A stretch of DNA of 64,000 bases. It comes from Alphaproteobacteria bacterium (GTDB taxonomy: Bacteria; Pseudomonadota; Alphaproteobacteria; UBA9219; RFNS01). The position numbers and the translations under genes are program-made. This document shows, piece after piece, positions 9,072-18,539 of this stretch (positions are counted from its first letter, which is position 1; each line of letters starts with the position of its first letter). Below the pieces are notes generated by a model that searched no databases, was not told the DNA's origin, and saw only the letters and a list, made by a program, of their open reading frames with translations. Location of the stretch: NCBI GenBank assembly GCA_016124955.1, contig WGMR01000007.1:32840-96839 (forward strand). The letters run 5' to 3'.

Positions 9072-10409
9072 ATGTCGCTCTTTGCCGCTCTTACCGTCGC
9101 CGTGAACGGCCTCAACGCGCAGTCAAGCGCGATCGGTAACATTTCGGATAACCTCGCCAACACCCAGACGGTTGGCTACAAGCGCGTGGATACGACCTTC
9201 CAGGCGCTGATCACCAACTCGAACGCGCAGGTCAACGATCCGGGCGGCGTGCGCGCCACCCCGAAATACCAGAACTCGCTGCAAGGCAACCTCGTCGCCT
9301 CGCAAAGTTCGACCGCGCTCGCCATCACCGGCAACGGCTTTTTCGCGGTGCGTCAGGGTGTCGTCGGCTCCGACGGTCTGACAACCTTCTCCGACACCAA
9401 CTTCTTCACCCGCCGCGGCGACTATTCGCTGAACAAGGACGGCTACCTCGTGAACGGCGCCGGCTACTACCTGACCGGCTACAGCGTTGACGATACGGGC
9501 GTGGTCAACACCGCCGCCGCCAACCCGATTCAGATTTCGGCCCTTTTGGATAACCCGGTCGCGACTTCGTCGGCCAACTATGTGGCCAACCTGCCCGCCG
9601 GCAAGGATACGGCCTATGCGACATCGCCTTCCACCATTCAGCTGTTCGACAACCTTGGTAACCCGCGCGACATGACCTTCACCTGGACCAAGGTGGGCGA
9701 CTCTTCGACCAACTCCTGGTCGTTGCAGGTCGATGTGCCGGGCGGCGTCAGCGCCTCGTCCGATTTCTCGGTCACCATTCCGTTTAACTTCGACAGTTCG
9801 GGTTCCACCGCCGGTACGCTTTCGGCCTATAGCGTCAGCACCGGCGCGGGCATCGTGGCCGGTTCCGATTACACCGTGACCAACCCGGGCACCGGCGCCG
9901 ACGCCAAAGTGAGCTTCAGTCTGAACTTCGCCGGCGCGGGCGCGCAGACCATCTCGATCGATTTCGGCGACTACCAGACCGCATCCGGCCTGACCCAGTT
10001 CGCGGACGAAAACCTTTCGGTGACCACCTTCGAACAGAACGGCATTCCGCGCGGTTCGTTCCAATCGCTTTCGGTCGATAAGAACGGCTTCCTGGTGCTG
10101 AACTACGATAACGGCCGGTCCAAGACCTTCTATCAGATCCCGATCGTGCAATTCTTCGCCACCGACAGCTTGCAACGCGTCGAAGGCGGCGCTTTCGCCA
10201 AGACCATCGATTCGGGCACGCCGCGCTTCAGCGCTGCGGGCAAGGTCGGCGCCGGCACCATCGTCGGCAACTCGCTGGAAGGCTCCAACGTGGATATCGC
10301 CGACGAATTTACAAAGATGATCCAGTCGCAGCGTGTCTATTCGGCCAATGCGCGGACCATCACCACCACCAACTCGATGCTGGAAGAAGTCATCAACATC
10401 GTCCGCTAA
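9072..10409 (+). CDS. flgE: flagellar hook protein FlgE
   Basis: N-terminus MSLFAALTVAVNGLNAQSSAIGNISDNLANTQTVGYK and C-terminal conserved rod/hook segment (SNVDIADEFTKMIQSQRVYSANA); good RBS. Confidence 0.9.
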   Translation: MSLFAALTVAVNGLNAQSSAIGNISDNLANTQTVGYKRVDTTFQALITNSNAQVNDPGGVRATPKYQNSLQGNLVASQSSTALAITGNGFFAVRQGVVGSDGLTTFSDTNFFTRRGDYSLNKDGYLVNGAGYYLTGYSVDDTGVVNTAAANPIQISALLDNPVATSSANYVANLPAGKDTAYATSPSTIQLFDNLGNPRDMTFTWTKVGDSSTNSWSLQVDVPGGVSASSDFSVTIPFNFDSSGSTAGTLSAYSVSTGAGIVAGSDYTVTNPGTGADAKVSFSLNFAGAGAQTISIDFGDYQTASGLTQFADENLSVTTFEQNGIPRGSFQSLSVDKNGFLVLNYDNGRSKTFYQIPIVQFFATDSLQRVEGGAFAKTIDSGTPRFSAAGKVGAGTIVGNSLEGSNVDIADEFTKMIQSQRVYSANARTITTTNSMLEEVINIVR

Positions 10410-10470
10410 ATGGTTTACGGACGTAAATGACAGGCAGGGTCGGATGACGGTTCTAGTTCAGGAGTGACGC

Positions 10471-11874
10471 ATGTCGCTGGTTTCCGCGCTCAACAATTCT
10501 CTGAATTCGCTGCAGGTGATCCAGAAAAACATCTCGGTCATCTCCAACAATATTTCGAATGCGAATACGGACGGCTACACCCGCAAAAGCGCGGTGCAGG
10601 AATCGGTGCTGCTCGGCGCCGATTTCGGCGGCGCGCGTATCGCCGGCTATATGCGCGTCACCAACGACGTGGTTGGCCGCTCGTGGCTCGATTCGCTGTC
10701 CGATAGCGGCTATGCCGGCACCCGCAGCGATTATCTTGCCCAGATCGGCCAGCTTTTCGGCACCAATATCGACAACCCCGTGCTTTCCAGCGCGATCGAA
10801 AATTTTGCTTCGGCCTGGCGCGAACTTGAAGCCGAACCCGAAGATCCGACCCGTCAGCGCACCGTGGTGCAGCGCGGCAAGGAGCTGGCGGCCGAAATTC
10901 GCCGTCTTTCCGCAGGCGTCGAGGAAATGGACCGTTCGATCCGCCAGGATATCGAGGATACGGCGGTTGAGATCAACACCATTCTTACAAACGTCAAAGC
11001 GATCAACAACCAGATAGCCACTGCGCTTGGCCGCAATCAGCCCGTCGGCGATTATGAAGACCAGCGCGATCTTCAGATCCGCAAGCTGGCCACGCTGATG
11101 GACGTCAAGACCTTCGACCGCGGTAACGGCCAGATCGCGCTTTACACCGGCAACGGCTATTCGTTGCTCGACGGCGATGCGCGCAACTTTTCCTTCGACG
11201 GCACCGATCTGGTGCTGACCGGCAGCACCACGGCCGTGACCAGCTACCTGACCGGCGGCAAGATCGAAGCGCTTTATAACCTGCGCTATGACGGTTCCCC
11301 GGCCACCGCGAGCGGCGACGCCGGCACGGAAGTAATCCGCAAGCTGCGCGACCAGCTCGATGCCGTGGCGGCCGCGTTTCTTGATACCGCGACGCCAGGC
11401 ACTTTCGGCTATGCGTATGACAACGCCACGCTTGATGCCGGCGCCAGCCCGGCCGAACTGGACAACGATTTTTTCACCGGCAGCGGCCGCACCAATATCG
11501 ATATAGACGGCACGCTGTTCAACGGCACCACCGCCCTGAAGAAGAGCGCGGCGGGCGCGGTCGTGCTGGCCATGAACGACACGACCCGCACCTATTCGCT
11601 GGACGGGCTTTCGATTTCCAATGTCAGCTATTCCGGCCTGGTGTCCAACATCATCGCCTCGTTGCAGCAATCCGGTTCGATCACGAAGGAAGCGGCGCAA
11701 ATCGCCGAAGGGCAGGAAGTGTTCTACAAGGAACGCTACAACGACGATACCGGCGTGAATGTTGACCAGGAACTGGTGCAGCTGCAGATCATGCAAAACT
11801 CCTATAACGCCGCCGCGCGGCTGCTCTCGGTGATCGACGAGCTGTATCAGACATTGACCAATATAGGCAGGTAG
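10471..11874 (+). CDS. flgK: flagellar hook-associated protein 1 FlgK
   Basis: N-term MSLVSALNNSLNSLQVIQKNISVISNNISNANTDGYTRK and C-term NSYNAAARLLSVIDELYQTL typical of FlgK. Confidence 0.85.
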   Translation: MSLVSALNNSLNSLQVIQKNISVISNNISNANTDGYTRKSAVQESVLLGADFGGARIAGYMRVTNDVVGRSWLDSLSDSGYAGTRSDYLAQIGQLFGTNIDNPVLSSAIENFASAWRELEAEPEDPTRQRTVVQRGKELAAEIRRLSAGVEEMDRSIRQDIEDTAVEINTILTNVKAINNQIATALGRNQPVGDYEDQRDLQIRKLATLMDVKTFDRGNGQIALYTGNGYSLLDGDARNFSFDGTDLVLTGSTTAVTSYLTGGKIEALYNLRYDGSPATASGDAGTEVIRKLRDQLDAVAAAFLDTATPGTFGYAYDNATLDAGASPAELDNDFFTGSGRTNIDIDGTLFNGTTALKKSAAGAVVLAMNDTTRTYSLDGLSISNVSYSGLVSNIIASLQQSGSITKEAAQIAEGQEVFYKERYNDDTGVNVDQELVQLQIMQNSYNAAARLLSVIDELYQTLTNIGR

Positions 11875-11876
11875 CC

Positions 11877-12842
11877 ATGGCAGACGGCATTTCATCGCTC
11901 GGCATCCAGCTTCAGTCAAACCGGCTGATCCAGGGCAGCGCCAGCATTCTTTCCAAGCTTTCCGAACAGCTGGCGACCGGCGTCAAATCCTCGAACCTGT
12001 ACGATTATTCGACATCCGACGCGCGCAAGCTGCTGGATTTCCGCAACAGCATCACCCGGCACGAATCCTATGTCTCCGCCATCAAGGCGGTAAAGCCGCG
12101 CATGGAGCTGTATGATAAAACGCTGGCCGGCATGAGCGATACGGCCAACCAGATGCTCGCGCTCATCAACAACACGCAAAATTATACCGCCGCCCAGAAC
12201 GGCGCGGTGGCCGAACAGATTGCCGGCTTTGTCAACCAGGTCGAAGGCTATCTTAACGTCAAGATCGGCGACCGCTATCTTTACAGCAGCGAGCGCTATG
12301 GCACATCGCCCGCAGGCGATATTCTTTCGCTGGCGTTGCCGCCGGCAGAAACCTACCCCGTGACGACGCCCACGCTGCCGCCCTGGGACAGCGAACGCAT
12401 TGGCGGCACGGCAACCAACGTATCCGGCTGGACCCAGCTTTCGACCACGATTGATGACAGCCTTTCGGTTACCTACGGCATTCGCAATGTCGAAGCCGGC
12501 ATTCAGGAGCTGGTGCAGGGTTTGCGCTGGGCCTATGCCGCCACGCAGGACCAGGCCAACTTCGACACCTATATGGCCAATGCCCGCAGCGAGCTGGCGT
12601 CGGCGCTTCCCGATTTGCGCCAGTTGCAGAGCCGCGTGGCCTCCAACACCTCGACGCTGGACCAGACGCGCGAACTGCACGAAAAAGTGATCTCCGACAT
12701 CAAAGACAACATTCAGGATATCCAGTATGTTGATATCAACGAGGTCGCGACCAAAGTAAGTTTCTATCAGACCCAGCTGCAGGCATCCTATGCCGTGACC
12801 GCGCAGCTCGCCAGTCTGACCATCCTTGGTTACTTCAGGTAA
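11877..12842 (+). CDS. flgL: flagellar hook-associated protein 3 FlgL
   Basis: Flagellin-like N- and C-terminal helices; position immediately after flgK. Confidence 0.8.
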   Translation: MADGISSLGIQLQSNRLIQGSASILSKLSEQLATGVKSSNLYDYSTSDARKLLDFRNSITRHESYVSAIKAVKPRMELYDKTLAGMSDTANQMLALINNTQNYTAAQNGAVAEQIAGFVNQVEGYLNVKIGDRYLYSSERYGTSPAGDILSLALPPAETYPVTTPTLPPWDSERIGGTATNVSGWTQLSTTIDDSLSVTYGIRNVEAGIQELVQGLRWAYAATQDQANFDTYMANARSELASALPDLRQLQSRVASNTSTLDQTRELHEKVISDIKDNIQDIQYVDINEVATKVSFYQTQLQASYAVTAQLASLTILGYFR

Positions 12843-12865
12843 AGCAGCGCAGCAGGGAGAATGAC

Positions 12866-14371
12866 GTGAAGGAATCGCTTGATCTCGGCCCCGTGGAACT
12901 TTCCTATGCCGCCGCGCTCCGCGGCGTGCAACCGCGCGTGCCGGGCCAGGCCTTCACCTATGCCCGTTTCTGCGCCGGCGCGGCCGAAGACATGCTGTGC
13001 CTTGCCGCCAGCAACCCGGAAGGTAAATTCTTTTTCTTCCTGGAAGATGAAAACGAGGCCGCCGCCGCCCGCTCGCTCGCACAGCAAGGCGTGGTGACCA
13101 ATGCCGCGATCGCCGCCGGCCACCCGGCGGGCGTTTTGGAACAGCAGCAGGGCGCGACGCCGCCGCTTCCCAGGCTCGATTACCTTTGCTGCGACGATAC
13201 CGCGCTTTCGCTGACCGATGCGGACCGCGAGGCGCTGTTTACGCTTTCTGCCGCCACGCTCGGTCCGCAGGGGCTGTTCGCATGCCGCTACCGGCCCTTC
13301 GCGCGGCAGGACGAATCGCTGCGCTACCTGATCAATGTGCTCGAACCCTTGCTGGAAGAGAGCCAGAAAATGGAATTCGTACAGGAGCTGCAGGCATTGG
13401 GCGGGCGCTATTTCGCCCGCGTGCCCGCCGCGCGCGCCCTGCTTGATAAGGCGCTGGCCGAAGGCAAGCCCGAGCATCTGCTGGAATCCGCGACCGGAGC
13501 GGTTGTGAGCGCGACCATGGGCACGATGCAGGCGCTTTTGCCGCGCCAGATGATGTATGTGGGCGATGCAAGCATCGCGAGCAACTATATGGATCTTTCG
13601 ACCCCGGAAGCGGCGCACGCGCTTTTGCTGAAAATGAAAGACAGCGTGATGTACGAACCGGCCAAGGATTTCGCGGCCGACCGCAGCAGCCGGACCGATA
13701 TCTGGTGCCCGCTTGCGGCCGCGCTGACCGGCAACCCTGCCGCGCTGTTTAACGGCTTTTTCTTCGGCAGCCCGGCGCCGGGCGACGCGATCCCGCCGCG
13801 CATTACCGTCAACGGCAGAACATACGATCTGACCACGCCGCTGCATGCCAGGCTGATCAAGCTGATGCGGATCATGCCGATTACGATCGGCGATTTCCTG
13901 CATCATGAAGACAGCCGCGATGCGGCAGGGCAGCTTTTCGCGCCGATGGATGTGGTCGCGGCGGTGCATCTTCTGGTTGCGCTCGGCGTCGCCACGCCGA
14001 TGCGCGCGACCTATACCGGCTATACGGATGCCGATTATGGCCGCCCCTGCCTTGCCGGCCCCTTCAACCGCGCCTTCTGGCGCGACGGGACCGGAGCCCG
14101 CGCCCGCCTCGCGGCTTCGACCGTAACCGGGCGCGCGATCCGCATGGATGCGCGCGAAGCGCTTGTTTTACAGGCGCTGACGGCGGGCGGGTTCGAAGGT
14201 TCGGCCCATGTGCTTTTGCCGGCCTTGCAAAAGCTGGCAAGCGACCCGACGCAAAGCATGGCCGTGCTGGGCGGGCAGATGCCGGACGAAGATGTCGCCG
14301 CCAACCTTATATCGGACGTGTGCGAACGCGATCTTGTGGGTTGGTACGCCTTCGGCGTGCTGGCAGCCTGA
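12866..14371 (+). CDS. hypothetical protein (501 aa) co-operonic with flgEKL; possibly a degenerate methyltransferase-like fold
   Basis: GTG start with AGGGAGA SD; no recognisable catalytic motifs; tight spacing to flgL (23 bp) and to the downstream TPR-GT gene (57 bp). Confidence 0.5.
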   Translation: MKESLDLGPVELSYAAALRGVQPRVPGQAFTYARFCAGAAEDMLCLAASNPEGKFFFFLEDENEAAAARSLAQQGVVTNAAIAAGHPAGVLEQQQGATPPLPRLDYLCCDDTALSLTDADREALFTLSAATLGPQGLFACRYRPFARQDESLRYLINVLEPLLEESQKMEFVQELQALGGRYFARVPAARALLDKALAEGKPEHLLESATGAVVSATMGTMQALLPRQMMYVGDASIASNYMDLSTPEAAHALLLKMKDSVMYEPAKDFAADRSSRTDIWCPLAAALTGNPAALFNGFFFGSPAPGDAIPPRITVNGRTYDLTTPLHARLIKLMRIMPITIGDFLHHEDSRDAAGQLFAPMDVVAAVHLLVALGVATPMRATYTGYTDADYGRPCLAGPFNRAFWRDGTGARARLAASTVTGRAIRMDAREALVLQALTAGGFEGSAHVLLPALQKLASDPTQSMAVLGGQMPDEDVAANLISDVCERDLVGWYAFGVLAA

Positions 14372-14428
14372 TAAATTCGCATAAGCCTCCCGGATTGTTT
14401 AAACCATCGTCCCTGCTAAACTGCCGCC

Positions 14429-16054
14429 ATGGCAAAACCGGCGGTACAGCAACAACTTGAACAGGCGATGGCGCGGCACCGCGGCGGCGATCTTGGCGGC
14501 GCCGCCGGGCTTTACCAGCAAATATTGCAAACCGAGCCGGATAACGCCGATGCGTTGCACCTGCTTGGCGTGGTGGCGCGGCAAACCGGCAAGCACGCGC
14601 TGGCGCGCGAGCTGATCGACCGGTCGCTGGCCATCAATCCGCGCAACCCCGCCGCGCTTGCCAACAAGGCGCTGACGCTGCGCGAACAAAAAGATTATGC
14701 GGCCGCGATCGATGCCGCGCGGGCCGCGCTTGCGATCGACCCCGAGCATGCCGAAGCCTTCAGCAACCTTGCGGGGGCGCAATTTGCCCAGGGGCAGTAT
14801 GCGCTGGCGGCCGATACCTATCGTGCCGCGCTGCGCAGCCACCCGCGCGACGGCAATTTGTTGCAGGCGCTGGCGGCGGCGCTGGTCAAGACCGGCGAGC
14901 TGGCTGAAGCGCACGGTGCGATCAAACGCGCGCTGGCGGTTATGCCCGGCAATGCGCGTTGTTTCAATACGCTCGGTAATGTTTTGCGCGATGCCGGGCG
15001 TATCGAAGAAGCGATCGAAGCCTGGCGGCAGGCGCAGGCGGCTGACCCAGCGCATCAGCCCGCGCGCGTGAGCGAAGCGATGGCGCATATGCTGCTTGGC
15101 AGTTTTGCCGCCGGTTTGCCTTTATACGAAGCGCGCGGCGTGCCAGACCCGCGCTATGATGGCTTGCCGTTCTGGGACGGCGGTGCGCTGGACGGAAAAA
15201 CCATATTGTTGCGGGCCGAACAGGGTTTCGGCGATACGCTGCAGTTCATTCGCTATGTGCCGGAATTTTCCGCGCGCGCCGCCGCCGCCGGCGGGAAGCT
15301 GGCGGTGGAAGTGCAGGCGGCGCTGCTTGATATATGCCGGCCGCTGGCGCCGCAGGCGACATGGCTTTCGCCGCGCGATGCGTTGCCGCAGGTTAATGCG
15401 CAATACAGGTTGCTAAGCCTGCCGCTTTTGTTTGCCGCGAAGACAGGCAACATTCCCGCGCACACGCCTTATTTGGCGAGCGATGCGAACCGGCGCGCGG
15501 CGTGGAAAGAAAAACTTGCGGCGCGGCCGGGGCCGCAGATCGCGCTTACCTGGGCCGGCAACCCCGGCCATTTGAACGATCATAACCGTTCGCTGCAGCT
15601 GGAAACGCTTGCGCCGCTGCTGGACCGCTTCGCGCCGCATATTCTGCTTTTGCAGAAGGGTTTCGATACAAAAGATATGCTGGCGCGCTGGCCCGCACTT
15701 TCGGATGCGGGCAAGGAATGCGCCGATTTTTCCGACACGGCCGCTTTGCTCGATTGTTGCGATTTGCTGGTCGCGGTCGATACCGCGCCTGTGCATCTGG
15801 CGGGCGCGCTGGCGCGCCCGGCCTGGGTGCTTTTGCCTTATTGCCCCGATTGGCGCTGGATGCGCGGGCGCACGGACAGCCCTTGGTATCCGGGCATGCG
15901 GCTGTTCCGGCAGCGCGCACCGCGCGACTGGAGCGTTGTTATGGCGGATGTAACGGGTGAGCTTGAGAAGTTTGTGGGCGGCGACAGAAGCGTGCTCGCC
16001 CCGCCCGCGGGAGCGGCGCTGCAGGATGCGCCGCCGCCCGCCGGGCTAGGCTAA
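14429..16054 (+). CDS. TPR-repeat protein fused to GT9-like (heptosyltransferase-fold) glycosyltransferase domain; FlmG/FlbA-like putative flagellin glycosyltransferase
   Basis: N-terminal TPR repeats; C-terminal GFGDTLQF and VDTAPVHLAGALARPAWVLLP motifs typical of GT9; located beside flaF-flbT-flagellin. Confidence 0.6.
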   Translation: MAKPAVQQQLEQAMARHRGGDLGGAAGLYQQILQTEPDNADALHLLGVVARQTGKHALARELIDRSLAINPRNPAALANKALTLREQKDYAAAIDAARAALAIDPEHAEAFSNLAGAQFAQGQYALAADTYRAALRSHPRDGNLLQALAAALVKTGELAEAHGAIKRALAVMPGNARCFNTLGNVLRDAGRIEEAIEAWRQAQAADPAHQPARVSEAMAHMLLGSFAAGLPLYEARGVPDPRYDGLPFWDGGALDGKTILLRAEQGFGDTLQFIRYVPEFSARAAAAGGKLAVEVQAALLDICRPLAPQATWLSPRDALPQVNAQYRLLSLPLLFAAKTGNIPAHTPYLASDANRRAAWKEKLAARPGPQIALTWAGNPGHLNDHNRSLQLETLAPLLDRFAPHILLLQKGFDTKDMLARWPALSDAGKECADFSDTAALLDCCDLLVAVDTAPVHLAGALARPAWVLLPYCPDWRWMRGRTDSPWYPGMRLFRQRAPRDWSVVMADVTGELEKFVGGDRSVLAPPAGAALQDAPPPAGLG

Positions 16055-16057
16055 AGC

Positions 16058-16501
16058 TTAGATCGAGGTCGAGACCGAACCCGGCTGCGTCTTTTCGGCC
16101 ACCGGAACGGCGTGCGCCTCGGTTTCCGGCTTGCCCGTCTGGACATTCAGGCCCGCCGCGATCTGGCGGTTGATGTCGATCAGGCTGGTGAGCAAGGCGG
16201 GGCTGTATTCCGCTTGCGCGCGCAAGGATACCTTATCGACGAAGCGGCTGAGGTTCAGCAACGTGATCTTCAGATCGCGCGGCAGGGGGTTATCGGGTTC
16301 GCACAGCGTGACCTGGAACACGGTCCAGAGCTGCTGGTTGTGGCGAATGGCGTCGAGATAAAACTCGGGCCCGCTTTCCGGGTTTTGCGCCTTGTGGAGG
16401 CGGCTGGCGCAGCTAAGCAACGCCTTGGCTTCCGTTTCGCGCACCGTTTCATTGACCTGCTGATGAGCTTTGTACGAACTGACTGGTGATTTGGTTACCA
16501 T
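16058..16501 (-). CDS. flaF: flagellar biosynthesis regulator FlaF
   Basis: Small helical protein directly downstream of flbT on same strand, canonical flbT-flaF pair. Confidence 0.65.
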   Translation of the reverse strand: MVTKSPVSSYKAHQQVNETVRETEAKALLSCASRLHKAQNPESGPEFYLDAIRHNQQLWTVFQVTLCEPDNPLPRDLKITLLNLSRFVDKVSLRAQAEYSPALLTSLIDINRQIAAGLNVQTGKPETEAHAVPVAEKTQPGSVSTSI

Positions 16502-16540
16502 GATACTGCCTCCTGCACTGTGTTGTTATGGGTTATAATT

Positions 16541-16993
16541 TTACGCAACCGGTACCGGTGATGCTTCTTGCGCGCCGGTTTGCACCGCGGCGCCTTCGCC
16601 TTCCGGCTTGGCTTTCGCGGCTTCGTGATCGGCGAGCAATTTGTGACCAAGGCGCAGTGCCTTGAAGGATTCGCCGCTTTGCAGCAAGCGGGTGATTTCC
16701 ACCACCTGATCCCTGAGATGGGGATGAAGCGCACAGAATTTTTCGATTGTCTCGATCACCAGCGCATCGAGCGGCTGGCCCTTGCCCTTGAACAGGTAGA
16801 TCACCTGCAGAAGGAAATAGACCGATGCGGCATCGGATTCTTCGCTGCGATCGATGTTCATGAGATAGTTGTCGCGCAGCACCGGGCTGTCGGACAGGAT
16901 GAGAAGATCGGCCGGGCGCGTGCCTACGTTTTTGAGGACGGCGCCGCCGGCGAAAATCTTTTGTTCGGGTTTTACGCGGATCTTGAGGGGCAT
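16541..16993 (-). CDS. flbT: flagellin translational repressor FlbT
   Basis: N-terminus MPLKIRVKPEQKIFAGGAVLKN matches FlbT family start (MPLKI...NGAV); adjacent to flagellin gene. Confidence 0.75.
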   Translation of the reverse strand: MPLKIRVKPEQKIFAGGAVLKNVGTRPADLLILSDSPVLRDNYLMNIDRSEESDAASVYFLLQVIYLFKGKGQPLDALVIETIEKFCALHPHLRDQVVEITRLLQSGESFKALRLGHKLLADHEAAKAKPEGEGAAVQTGAQEASPVPVA

Positions 16994-17081
16994 GTCTCGA
17001 CTCCTTCGAGAAGTTTTTCCGGGCCATCATGGCCGCGGGTTTCTTAAAACCAAGTAAATCACCAGCACTTTTCCGGAAGTA

Positions 17082-17107
17082 GGAGGACGGGGTTTCCCCC
17101 GTCCTCC
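17082..17107. terminator. GC-rich hairpin between flagellin gene and flbT (possible partial terminator/attenuator)
   Basis: GGAGGACGGGG-TTT-CCCCCGTCCTCC, 11-bp perfect stem; no strong U-tract on either strand. Confidence 0.3.
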
Positions 17108-17118
17108 CTTTACCAGTA

Positions 17119-17934
17119 TTAGAACAACCGCAGAATGGCCTGTGACTGCTGGCCGGAAATACCCAGCGCAACGACACCCAACTGCTGACGGGCCTGGAGG
17201 GCCTGCAGGTTGGCGCCTTCTTCGTTGAGATCGGCCAGGATGAGGTTATCCGAAGCCGTCTGCAGCGAGTTGATCAGCGAGTCAGTAAAGTCTTGACGCG
17301 TCTGAATCACCGACACCGCGTTACCAAAGCTGGACGCAAAGGTACGAAGGGTCGCCAGTGCGGTCGACAGAGCCGAAGCAGCGGTATTGATGCTGTTATC
17401 TGTCGAGAAGTTGCTGGTGGCAGCGGCGATCGAGAGACCGGTCGTCGAAGCGTCCACGCCAGAAACCGTCAGGGTGCTGGAGTTGTCTTCGTTGAAGTTC
17501 ACGGTCAGGTCGTCACTGTCCAACAGGTTCGTACCGTTGAACACAGCGTCGTTGACCAGCGCGTCGATCTGGGTGCGGAGGTCGTTGAACTGTGTCGCGT
17601 AGGCCGAACGGGTCGCCGTATCGGATGTCTGCAGGGCCGAGGTGGTAAGACCTTGCGCCTGTTCGACGATCTTGGTGATGCTGTCGATCGCGTTGGAAGC
17701 GGCTTTCACCGTTTGCAGGTTGCTCGACAGGTTTTCTTTAACGCGGCTAAGATCGTTTGCGCGGTTGAGGAAGCTTTGGCTTGCGAAGAAGGCCGTAGCG
17801 TTATCAATCGCGGTGTTGACCTTAAGGCCGGTCGAGAGACGCTCCTGGGTGATACCCAGCAGCTTCGAGGTATTCTGCAGGGCGAGCAAGTTGCTGCGCG
17901 CTGACAGAGAGAGGGAGACGTCAGAAATAGCCAT
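17119..17934 (-). CDS. flagellin (short, about 271 aa, alphaproteobacterial type)
   Basis: N-term MAISDVSLSLSARSNLLALQNTSKLLGITQERLSTGLKVNTAIDNATAFFASQ and C-term LQALQARQQLGVVALGISGQQSQAILRLF flagellin helices. Confidence 0.9.
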   Translation of the reverse strand: MAISDVSLSLSARSNLLALQNTSKLLGITQERLSTGLKVNTAIDNATAFFASQSFLNRANDLSRVKENLSSNLQTVKAASNAIDSITKIVEQAQGLTTSALQTSDTATRSAYATQFNDLRTQIDALVNDAVFNGTNLLDSDDLTVNFNEDNSSTLTVSGVDASTTGLSIAAATSNFSTDNSINTAASALSTALATLRTFASSFGNAVSVIQTRQDFTDSLINSLQTASDNLILADLNEEGANLQALQARQQLGVVALGISGQQSQAILRLF

Positions 17935-18046
17935 AGTATGTAACTCCTTGTCCTAAGGTTGGATGAGCGCGGACTCCTTCCGCGGGTTAGTGTTCGTAAA
18001 GTAACTCACAAACGTGAAGTTAACTTTAACGATACGCGTATGATGA

Positions 18047-18062
18047 TGCGAAAAATGTGCCA
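18047..18062 (-). promoter_or_regulatory. sigma54 (-24/-12) promoter candidate for flagellin gene
   Basis: Minus-strand reading TGGCAC-ATTTT-TCGCA (GG and GC at correct spacing), about 110 bp upstream of flagellin ATG. Confidence 0.5.
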
Positions 18063-18104
18063 CATCGCGCGCATGATATTTTTCAAACGCTTGGCGGCGC
18101 GCAC

Positions 18105-18187
18105 CGGGAAATTCCTGCCGCATGCGGATCTTTCTGCCGGGCAAAATTTGCCGCATGGGGAAATTATTGCCTGCTTGCACGATGCGG
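18105..18187. promoter_or_regulatory. three imperfect direct repeats upstream of the flagellin promoter, ftr-like enhancer candidates
   Basis: Repeats cgggaaattcctgccgcatgcgg / ccgggcaaaatttgccgcatgggg / ggggaaattattgcctgcttgcacgatgcgg; the middle one contains the palindrome GGCAAAATTTGCC. They lie 50-130 bp upstream of the sigma54 -24 element. Confidence 0.4.
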
Positions 18188-18539
18188 TTTTGTTTTTGCG
18201 CGCCTGGCGTGCGCGAAAACCGGAAAAACAGGCGTGCCGCAAAATGCGACGAAAAACGGAACGAAGAACAAAAAAATATAAGCAAGGGAATCAAGCGGCT
18301 GGCGCTGAAAAGCCCGCGACGCGGGCTAATTGAAAAAAAAGTGCTTGTCAAGTGAAATATGATGTGTTATGGTGTTCAGTGACTCGAAGAAGAATTCGAG
18401 TCGGGTGTTAATATAAGCACTTGATATATAAGAATTTTAACGCTGCCTAATTGCCGATTTGACCTAAAGCTAATGGGTCACCCTGGTGGGGATACCGGGA
18501 GTATGTGGGAGGCAAGGCGGCCGTACAGTGGGGATAAAC

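Noticed and set aside
9123-10175. 350-aa minus-strand ORF antisense to flgE. Similar long antisense ORFs occur inside pepN (5276..6418), the A2M gene (22945..25428), the large GT (57484..59373) and the 60616..62652 region
   Set aside because: Typical spurious open frames of high-GC DNA. They are Arg/Ala/Gly-rich, lack RBS, and overlap genes with strong homology signatures on the other strand.
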